DNA from: Rozella allomycis CSF55
Taxonomy: Eukaryota
Assembly: GCA_000442015.1 (NCBI GenBank)
Contig: KE561038.1
Coordinates: forward strand, 55,421-75,420
Reading direction: 5' to 3'
DNA length: 20,000 bases
The translations under genes were made by a program, and so were the position numbers. The notes beneath the pieces are model-generated. The model worked only from the letters and a program-made list of their open reading frames with translations. It made no database searches and was not told the origin of the DNA. How positions within the stretch are numbered: position 1 is the stretch's first letter; each line of letters opens with the position of its first letter. Shown here piece after piece: positions 10,272 through 19,475 of the stretch.

Positions 10272-13200
10272 TTATGAATTTGATTTTTTCGCTTCCAGTG
10301 GCACAAACCAATGATCTGGAACCATGAGAAAGAACTTATCCATAGCATCTCTAAACCTAGTTTTGTACTGTTGAGGTGAAACTATTGTAGGTTCTTTTCC
10401 ATTACCGCCAAGTATTCCTGTTTCCTTCACCCAAGATTCTAATTTCTTATCCCACGTAAAAGTTCGAATATAATCTAGAAACGTGGTAAAATCAAAGTAC
10501 CTATTAATCCAATAGTTAGTTGATGGTTATTTATAGCCACTATCAAAGAGTAATCCATGACGTCCAACTTTGAGAGAAACAAAGTATCGTTCCAGATTGC
10601 TGCTTGAAGGTGAAGTTTTGAGGATTCTTTTAAATAAAGAGGCTTCTGCGATATAACTGCAATTTCATTATAATGAAATATTAATTACATTCGATAAAGT
10701 TTTCATCTTGTAAAACTGAGCCAGCTGTTGGTTGCACATTTCTATTCCGTAATGAGCCTTTAAGATCAAAAATATGATCGTAATGATTGTCGGACAATAA
10801 ATTTTCCATGATTAAAAAGTCAATTTTGGATGTTTTCCCAGTATTTGCATTCTTAACAGCAACGCCATACACACCGACGATGCGAGTTAACAGACTAGGA
10901 AGCTACAATTGAAATCAGATGAAATATTTACACGTTTAAATAAACTTTGGGCTACATAATCAAAATAAAATGGCGCAAACTTTAGAAAGGCATCCATTTC
11001 AGGTTTCATTAATTGCTTTATAACAAATTTGTTGTCTTTTGTTTTAAACAAGAGAATATTACCTTTCGTTTTTAGAAACATTGAGTTTGATTTCCCACCA
11101 TTGTTTGCCCATTTGAAGCAATGGGAAATGCTATTGATAAAGAAAGAATCACACTCCATAATTTTCCTGAGAGAGTCAAACTGTTCAGCAAAGAAAATTC
11201 TACACATGAATTTTGTTTGGTCGTCGTAAAACTGAAATTTGATGTGATTTGCGGTTGGCCTGACAAGAATTGATTCTAAGTCTGGGGCGTCCTTTACAAT
11301 AGAAGCGAACTGGGATCTGTATTGCTGAGAATTTAGCGCGAATGCAATAACAGTGGAAGGTTGATCTTCTCTTACAATAAAATTATTAAAAATGTGAATA
11401 TTTTCAATGCATCTATTTTAAAATCTTGCCTCATTTAATTACGGAGGATATTTCAAGGGTGTAATATTTGTAAATGAACTTGAAAGGAAAATAGACAATG
11501 TTCTTAAAACGGAACTTCTGTGGTCTTCTTTGGCAGAAACTTTTTCAAAAACTTCTGGCAGAACGACAACGTCTCTCGTTGGAGATTCCGCTGACATGAT
11601 TGGCGGTTCAAATAGCGATGTATCACCAAGGCTCCAACTTGAGGTCAGATCGCTATCATTATTTACGCGGTATTTTACCTAATTCTTGCTTCAATTCTAT
11701 CAAATTCACTTAATGACGCAGCTGGAGAGTTTTGAATGCCAGATGATTGTGATTTTCTTGGCGAATCCAACAAATTTGGGAGAATTTGCACTTCATTGTC
11801 TTCTTCAGTGATTTTTGTTGGTTTCCCTTTTTTAATCGTTTTCATGAAATCGCTCCATTCTATTTCCCACTCTGCAACTAATTTTTGCAATTGAGCCAAA
11901 ATTTGGGGAATTTCTTGCAAAATCAAAATTGATATCTTTTGATGCCCCAGTCTAGATTGGAATTCTGCAACTTTTTGATGACAAAATGACAGCAACTCGG
12001 GATTCGTAACGATTTCCAAGTGCAAATTTTTCATTCTAGTTGAAATAGACTCAAAATATTCATTGACTTCTTGAAATATCTGTTCTCTTTCAGTAGTCTC
12101 AATATCAATCGCATCATTTAACGTTAAACTGGCAGAAGAAGTGTTCACACAACTAAATTTTAGTATTTCCTTCTTCATTGATACTAAAACATCGCCGCAT
12201 TGAAAATCAAGATTTGAAAATAGATACTTGCCATTTATTGTTGAAACTAGCTCATAATCCGCATATATAAATAATTCCAGAAATTTCCCAAAAGAAATTG
12301 ATTTTGATTCGTCAGATAAAATTGTCCATTCATCATTTACTTTGATTTTAATCAATGAATAATCATTTTCAAAGTCTGGCAGCCATGACAGGTATATCCT
12401 AATAGCGCAGTCATTGTGTAAGAAAACTTTTGAGTGGAGGATATTCTTTTCCAAACAATACTGACATTTTCGATGAATTGAATCGCAACAATCAAGAATA
12501 AAGCTAGATAATGAAATGTCATTTTCATTGTAGAAATCTATTGATTGCAGTTCTTGAATGCAAGGTGTTGAGAGTTTAATATTCTTATTAAGAAATAGAA
12601 AAGAAAGATTTTGATGCTGACTTGGATGAGGATCAAATTTTAAATTCTCTGGTACATCAAAATAAACGTACGGAGTGATTGAAAAATATTGAGTGTCCTT
12701 TGATATATCCAATCTTTTGGATTTCAAATCGTTTATTAAAAATGATTCCAACTTTAAATGATACGCTGCATAAATAATAAACCTTAAAATGTCTTTAATT
12801 GATTTAGAATTCTTTCCTTTTAATAAAACACTGGCGAACAATTCTCTTGGACATCCATCAAGTTTCATAAAAGTTTTAATTCGATTCATCGTACGATCTG
12901 TAGAAATGTACTCAACGCTAAAACAACCACATTCCCCAAGATTCGGCTCATTTAAAACCAATTTATCAATGGATGGAATTACATCAGCTTTTGTGCATTT
13001 AGAAATTATTTGCATTAATTCAGGCTTTACATTTTTCACTACTGTGATATTCGACTCTAGAAAGAATTCCAATGCCGTCCTTCCAACTGTCGCACTACAA
13101 AAGATTAAATCCACATTCAAGCTTGAAATTACTTTAACTATTCTCTTCAAATATTCTTTTTCTTGTGAAATTAATGCCTCCAAACTAACATACAAAGTAG

Positions 13201-14759
13201 TAGCCCGTTCATATTCAATGGGGAAATCAATCAACAAAATTTTGGGATTTTCAATGGATTGTTTCATCGAACGATGCGAAACATGCTTTGAAAAGAGCAC
13301 TCCGTGATAAATACAACTTTCCACAGGCGATCCTTCTGGAATGGATTTTATCTTTACAGATTCCCTAATATCCATTTCTTCTCCTGGAATGATCTTTTCT
13401 GCAATTCGAATCGCTATTTTCATAATCACAGTTAGCCATTCATCTTTACCTTCAATCCCTTGCTGATTTAGTAAATATTTAATTAATCCTTCCAAATGAA
13501 GAATTGAAATTGCAGAGAGCTCAGATTTTTCTTTATTTCTTTTATGTTTGGAAGAGCCCGATGTAACCGGTATTGGATTCCCTTCACCGCTACTCTCCAG
13601 TGATAAATTTGAATTGTTATTTTTAGCATGAGATTTAGGCAACATTGGCGAGAGTTTTGAATTAGAGCGTGACAAATTTCTACTACCACTTCTTTTCAAT
13701 GAAATCTTTCTCAGTACTTTTTTCGGCGTTTTTTGCTGCCATCCTGTAGTCCAGGCTTCTTCCGCAGTTATTGTTTTCATTTGCTCTTTCATCTTGGTCC
13801 AATCAACATGAAATAGTCTTAAAGGGTCTTCAGGCTCGTTATCTTTTCTATTCTCCCAGTCATCATCTTGCAGAACATTTGAATCATCTTGCGATGTAAA
13901 CCATTCCCTAAAAGATCCAGTCTCTACGTGCCCCACTGATGATGAAACAGTGATTGCATTGGAATGCTCGATTCCCTGTTCCTTCATTTCTAAAACCATT
14001 GTTGTACAATATGTACACATTCTCACTCCGCTAGGATGTCCTTCAATTAAAACTGGTATAAGTTTGCAACAATGGCCACAGAAAATTTGCCCGCAAACTC
14101 TACAATGGTGCTTTCTCCTAAATGTGTTGAAAGGAAGTTTGCATTCATAACATTCCTTGCAAAAGGCATCATTCATCCAGAAATCTCTATTGATAGTTAC
14201 ATCTGACACTAGTAAGCGCAACCTGCTAAAGAAATCAATAAAAGATCCTTTTGTTGCAAATGATGCATGATCTTGATTAAAGGATATAGGCGATTGAATT
14301 CTCATATTAAGAGTTGAAGAAGATGATGACAGTTTCCTTCTGTGTCGTTTGTCTATTATCAAATCAGGTAGGCTAGAAGTCAGTTTCCTTGGAATACTTG
14401 AGAGGGAATCTGTGGGTTCGTTCTCTTCTTTCTCGTCTTTCTCAACTTCCTCAACGGGATACCTGTTACTGTTTTCTTCATTGTCAACGGTGTCCTTGCT
14501 AAAAGTTACAGCTTCTTTCACCAGTCTCCCAAGACTTTTCAAACCAGATGCGATCCTGGANTTTATCAACTTCCTCAGCGGGATCCCTGTTACTGTTTTC
14601 ATTGTCAACGGTGTCCTTGCTAAATGTTACGGCTTCTTTCACCAGTCTCCCAAGACTTTTCAAACCAGATGCGATCCTGGAAGCTTTTGAAAGAACTGAA
14701 GTGGAATCATTATTGTCAGCCGATAGATTGGAATCAGATGGGAAGCTTTCATAAGACAT
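10272..14759 (-). CDS. FAB1: Phosphatidylinositol-3-phosphate 5-kinase Fab1/PIKfyve; 7 exons
   Basis: FYVE domain (FWMND...CYEC...[17 protein letters not shown]), Cpn60/TCP1-like domain and PIP5K domain ([48 protein letters not shown]). Introns 11653-11678, 11413-11442, 11036-11062, 10903-10931, 10657-10688, 10475-10500. Frame broken only by the 'n' at 14561. Confidence 0.95.
14438..14681. repeat. Imperfect tandem duplication (123 and 120 nt) inside FAB1, joined by one 'n'
   Basis: Copies 14438-14560 and 14562-14681 differ by 5 substitutions and a 3-nt indel. Confidence 0.92.
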
Positions 14760-14885
14760 TAAATACACAATTTCCGAATATAACAAAATTTAAAATTTAT
14801 TGAATATTCTTTGCTTGATAATAAATAATTAACACACAACAAACTAACATAAGAGTTGATTCATTAAATTTATACAAAATGAAGA

Positions 14886-14952
14886 TGATCAGTTTTAAAA
14901 AGCTCGATTACAGTCGCTCAAGAATCACGCTGTAAGTAATTTGCATCATTCA
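14886..14952 (-). ncRNA. Box C/D snoRNA, snR47/SNORD36-like, predicted to guide 18S rRNA Am619 (yeast numbering)
   Basis: Box C ATGATGC (14949-14943), box D CTGA (14892-14889), short TGA/TCA terminal stem. The 12-nt guide CGAGCTTTTTAA is complementary to the conserved 18S sequence UUAAAAAGCUCG, and the D+5 rule lands on the first A of the A5 run. Confidence 0.85.
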
Positions 14953-15041
14953 AAAAAACATAAATATTACAGATACTTACCATTTGGTTCTCCAAAGAGG
15001 AAACAAGTTGTGAATACACAACCCGTGACTCTCCATGAAGG

Positions 15042-15273
15042 CCGGCTCACTGCAAGAGTAATCCCCATTGAGTTTCAAGATAAAATCAAGCAACACCATA
15101 ACTATGTTAGGAAGAAAATACTCAGAAATCCACCATGCTCCCAAAAGATCATAGCGATAGACAACGGAGTAGCCTGTATTACACAGGTTGTATTTCTACA
15201 AAGGTCTTCCGGGGACTTTCCCCAAAAATGTTATAAACATCTTCGAGAGGTGTTCTTTGCAAAGTGAACCGGT
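15042..15273 (-). ncRNA. NME1: RNase MRP RNA (about 232 nt)
   Basis: P1 CCGGTTCACT-TTGCAA / TTGCA-GTGAGCCGG; P2 AACACC/GGTGTT; P3 hairpin; CR-I GAAAGTCCCC (15220-15211) pairing in P4 with CR-V AACTCAATGGGGATTACTC (about 15074-15056); P8 TTGTA-GAAA-TACAA; P9 CCTGT-GTAAT-ACAGG; CR-IV ATAGTTA (15105-15099). GGGGAAAGTCCCCGGA also occurs in human RMRP (recalled). Confidence 0.93.
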
Positions 15274-15296
15274 GCTTTTTGCGCCAGGGGCAAAGC

Positions 15297-15325
15297 TTTT
15301 ATATTTTTAGGGGTGACCCTGGTCG
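15297..15325 (-). promoter_or_regulatory. Putative RNase MRP RNA promoter: TATAAAA box plus upstream CGACCAGGGT element
   Basis: TATAAAA at 15303-15297, about 24-30 nt upstream of the predicted 5' end; CGACCAGGGT at 15325-15316. Confidence 0.55.
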
Positions 15326-15619
15326 TAGAGGAAATAGAAATTTACTAAATTCAAAAAGGAATTACTGATGCATAAATTCGAAAATATAACGATCCCGATC
15401 TTTTAAAAAAACATTATATTTACATTAGTGTATTTTAAATACCTAAAGGGCTAATTCTGCGTTTGTACACAATACTTTCATCCTATCTATATTCTCGTGA
15501 CTGACAATGGTCGACGTCGTCAATCATATTCAATAAGGATTAAGGAATGATTAAAATACGCGTCGACGGGCTATTAGAATTGAGATGTCATGGGNGGGGG
15601 CGCAGCGACCAGGGTTTAA

Positions 15620-16489
15620 ATGGTAAAAAGTTGATAGTATTTTAAAGATAGCCTCAAAACGAATATATTGAAGAGGCTATAAAAAAGCATGGGCGTCGTT
15701 TTAATTATGAAGAGAAAAAGTATGATATTTTTCTTTGGATAATAAAGACGTAAAAAAGAAGCGCGTTTGGTACATGAAAGATCTCAGATGGCACAAAAAG
15801 TTCGTGGTCTAAAAGCTAAATTATTAAATAAGAAACGATATGCCGAAAAGATACAGATGAAAAAAGCGTAAGATTCAAAACTGGTGTTTATATAAAGGCT
15901 CAATCAACATCAACAAAAAGAAAAGAAAGAGCGCGGAGAAGCGCCAGTGCAAGAGGGTGCTATTCCAGCATATTTATTGGACAGAGAAAATGAGAATCGT
16001 GCTAAAGTTTTGAGCAATATGGTTAAACAAAAGAGAAAAGAAAAGGCTGGAAAGTGGAATGTACCTTTGCCAAAAGTTAAAGGAGTTGGTGAAGATGAAG
16101 TGTTCAAAGTTTTAAAAACGGGAAAGAATAAAACAAAGGCTTGGAAGAGAATGATCACTAAACCAACCTTTGTCGGTGATGGATTTACAAGAAGACCTCC
16201 AAAATACGAAAGATTTATAAGACCAATGGGATTACGTATGAAAAAAGCACACGTCACACATCCGGAGCTGAAAGCGACCTTTTGCTTACCTATTTTAGGT
16301 GTAAAGAAGAATCCAAATTCTGCTCTTTATACACAGCTTGGAGTTTTGACAAAAGGTACCATTATAGAGGTGAATGTCAGTGAACTTGGTTTGGTGACAA
16401 CAGGTGGAAAAGTTGTTTGGGGAAAATACGCTCAAATTACCAACAATCCTGATTTGGATGGTTGTGTCAATGCTGTTTTATTAGTTTAA
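15620..16489 (+). CDS. NSA2: 60S ribosome biogenesis factor Nsa2; 4 exons
   Basis: [17 protein letters not shown]...[32 protein letters not shown]...[10 protein letters not shown]. Introns 15623-15651 (exon 1 codes only ATG), 15720-15747, 15868-15897. Confidence 0.97.
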
Positions 16490-16511
16490 AATTTATTTAA
16501 TAAATATCATT

Positions 16512-17390
16512 TTATGCAGCCTTTTGTTTTTTCTTTTTTGATGGTGTAGAAAATACGCTTGACATTCCCGATGATTTAGCTTTGACTTCTTTTGCAGGGG
16601 CGAAAGCTTTCTTTTGAATAAAAAAATTAACGAAAGTGACGAGAAACACTATCCAAACAAGAGCTGCCTTGATGTCATCGAATTCTACAGGAAAGGACTT
16701 CCAACTAAATCCTGCAATGTTTGAAAAATAGTCTCTTTTGTATTCTACCGCTACTAATGCAGTAATGGCTGATAAGAAGACACTTACTGAAAAGGATTTA
16801 ATTGAAGCTGGAAAAGAAAATTCAGGCTTTTCCTTGAGTAAACCAAAAGCGTCAGCAATTATTCCACCAAAGCTTCCAGCGATAATTCCGCAAATAATAG
16901 GAGTGAAGAAAGTGGTACTGTCAGTTTGATTTTTCAAAGCCAAAAATACACCGCCATTTAGAACTGCATTAACTTTCGAGACAGCATCGAGAAACGACAT
17001 TGGGATAACAAATGCGAATGAGAATAGATTTAAAATATTAAAGACAGGTGTTATGAATAGAACAAAGAGTGCGACCAGAGAATAACATATGACAACCTTA
17101 TCAGTCAAAAAGAAACCCGGAGTGCGATTAAACAATAGTGCTACTTTTCTCAAAAATAATGCATTACCTGTCAAATTCGTACCGCTAACTGCCAAAATCC
17201 AGACTGTCACGAGAGCTTGTGAGATCGACATTGGGACGTATTTTGGATACCGAAGGCGGATCAACCAGCAAATAGACAAAGCATGTCCTAGTGTAACGAT
17301 ATCTAGAGGATATGGAAGTATATCCAGTTTCGCGACTTCCAGAGGAAGATAAAAGAGAGCCGACAAGTCTTTAATGGTGACGTTTTGCAT
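16512..17390 (-). CDS. TRIC/TMEM38-like ER cation channel; 2 exons
   Basis: Multi-TM protein with twin glycine motifs SGTNLTALLFNRTP (after removing in-frame intron 17141-17167) and GIIAGSFGGIIADAF; C-terminal KQKAA fits a KxKxx ER-retrieval signal. Confidence 0.68.
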   Translation of the reverse strand: MQNVTIKDLSALFYLPLEVAKLDILPYPLDIVTLGHALSICWLIRLRYPKYVPMSISQALVTVWILAVSGTNLTGNALFLRKVALLFNRTPGFFLTDKVVICYSLVALFVLFITPVFNILNLFSFAFVIPMSFLDAVSKVNAVLNGGVFLALKNQTDSTTFFTPIICGIIAGSFGGIIADAFGLLKEKPEFSFPASIKSFSVSVFLSAITALVAVEYKRDYFSNIAGFSWKSFPVEFDDIKAALVWIVFLVTFVNFFIQKKAFAPAKEVKAKSSGMSSVFSTPSKKKKQKAA

Positions 17391-17523
17391 GGGTATTGGA
17401 TCTGAACTTGGGAGAAACAAATATAAAAATAGCCGATTGAATAAAATAATATTTTAAATTTAATTTCAAATTCTATCAAATTCTAAAAGGGCTGCCTATT
17501 AAGTTAACCCTTGTAGCACTTTC

Positions 17524-19422
17524 ATGGAAGACTTTTCCAAGCTAACCGTTCCTAAGCTAAAAGAAAAACTAAAGTCACTTGAACTTGATACCAGTGGATT
17601 AAAGAAAGACTTGGTTGAAAGATTAACAGACTATTACTCAAAGAATAATGAGGGAGAAATAGAAGTAAGCGAAGAAAAAGAGGTGAAACAAGAAAGAAAT
17701 ATTAAGGAAGATTTTGAAAATAAAGAAAGTAAACAGGAAAGGTCTAGGTCTAAAAGTCCTTCAAAAGATGTGACTAAGAGAGAAAGATCCAAGAGTCCAA
17801 AAAAGATGGTTGATAACAATGCTGAATTAGAAAATAAACAATTAAATACCGACTCTTCAACAGAAAAACAAGCAGCCAATAACGTTGATAAGAAAAAGAG
17901 AAGAAGGAAACGAAAGAGGTTTGAACTGAAGAGCAAAATAAATTATGAAATGGATATTGATGAAGATGCACATAATGTTGAAGTTGAATATGTTCCACAA
18001 GCGATAAAAATTGAAGATCCATCGTTGGCTGAATTTGAACATATTTTCAATCATTTTAGACAAAAAGTAAATTTTACTACGAAAAAATATTAGAATGAAG
18101 ATGAAGAAATAGTCCCAGAAGTGGAAGAAGAAAACCATGAAAGCGAAGAAGAGCAAAGTGATGAAGAAAACAAGGGCCTATCAAAGAGAAAGATGAAACA
18201 AATATATCGAATGAGTGTTGCAGAGTTAAAAACTAAAGTGAAAAGGCCTGAAATAGTTGAATGGACTGACGTTACCTCACCAGACCCACTTTTGTTGGTA
18301 GAAATTAAATCACATAAGAACTGCGTCCCTGTCCCTTCACATTGGTCACAGAAAAGAAGGTACTTGCAAGGGAAACGTGGTATTGAAAAACCACCATTTG
18401 AACTTCCAGGTATTCTTAATTTTTACATCTAATTCAGCTTACATTAAAGCCACTGGTATTACTGAACTTAGAGCAGCCGTCAGAGAAAGGGAAGCAGCTC
18501 AAAAGCTAAAGGCAAAGATGCGAGAAAGAGCAAGGCCAAAAATGGGAAAACTCGACATAGATTATCAAAAGCTTCATGATGCCTTTTTCAAATACCAAAC
18601 TAAGCCTGAAAATTTAACAGCGATGGGTGATTTGTATTATGAAGGAAAAGAATACGAATTAAAGTTCAAAAATAAACGCCCGGGTGACTTATCCGATGAA
18701 CTAAAAAATGCTTTAAATATGCCGCCAAATGCACCACCACCTTGGCTGATAAATATGCAGAGATATGGTCCACCACCAACTTATCCTTTTCTAAAAATCC
18801 CTGGATTAAATGCCCCGATCCCTCCTGGATGTCAATGGGTAAGTATTGTAATCTTTGTTGAAATAGGGTTTCCATCCTGGTGGCTGGGGCAAACCTCCTG
18901 TTGATGATTACAATCGCCCTCTTTACGGAGATGTCTTTGGAGTTGTTAATATTCCACGTGATCAAGCCTTACCGTACCATGAGCGTAAATTCTGGGGTGA
19001 AATGCAACAAATTGTTTATGAATATGAGGAAGAAGAAGACGAAGAAGAACAAGAGGAAGAAGAAGGTATGGTTGTCCCTTTTATTTAAATTAGAAATGGA
19101 AATTGATGAAGAAGCTGTTCCAGTTAATGTACAAGACTTTAAGCGACCAGAACCTGTTCCAGTTCCTCAGCCCGTTGAACCTGAAATTGTTATTCCAGAA
19201 CAAATTCAACTAAGAAAAAACAAAGAGGTAGATTTTTCAAATGAACCGAAACAACTTTACCAAGTGATACCTGAAAATAAGTCAGATATAACAGGAATAA
19301 TGAAATCCGAATTCACTTACGATTTGAAGAATTCAAATGATGACGTTGAACTGGAAATTTCAAAAGCACCAAAGGATGAAAAGAAAAAGAAAAAAGAAAA
19401 GAGCAAAGATTTTAAATTTTAA
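17524..19422 (+). CDS. SF3B2: Splicing factor SF3B2/Cus1 with N-terminal SAP domain; 5 exons
   Basis: SAP motif LTVPKLKEKLKSLELDTSGLKKDLVERL; PVPSHWSQKRRYLQGKRGIEKPPFELP, KMGKLDIDYQKLHDAFF, PPPWLINMQRYGPPP, WGFHPGGWGKPP; ends KDFKF*. Introns 18067-18093, 18410-18437, 18839-18866, 19066-19093. Confidence 0.96.
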
Positions 19423-19475
19423 ATAAAATCAATTTTTAATATTCACTTCATTCAATTTAGGATTTTTGTTAAAAT

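Noticed and set aside
14973-15040. ATACTTACC on the plus strand resembling the U1 snRNA 5' end
   Set aside because: No U1-70K loop (GATCA), U1A loop or Sm site follows, and it would overlap MRP; better read as a minus-strand splice donor.
14879-15267. Plus-strand 108-aa ORF, extendable to ATG 14879 via a 41-nt GT-AG intron
   Set aside because: It is antisense to the RNase MRP RNA and snoRNA, which explain the sequence; no protein motif, and the intron is outside the 26-32 nt range.
15042-15273. RNase P RNA as an alternative identity
   Set aside because: GAAAGTCCCC in CR-I, ATAGTTA in CR-IV and the P8/P9 hairpins are MRP-type, and I see no RNase P CR-II/CR-III.
15440-15620. Telomerase RNA, U3 or SRP RNA (TAAACCCT, GTCGACG and TACTTTCA fragments)
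   Set aside because: Only short scattered matches in the wrong order; no U3 boxes, SRP helix 8 or template-pseudoknot architecture could be built.
6041-18965. Antisense and alternate-frame ORFs (e.g. 6041-6415, 8844-9233, 12789-13307, 15910-16257, 17634-18156, 18666-18965)
   Set aside because: They overlap well-supported genes and are low-complexity shadows of those frames.
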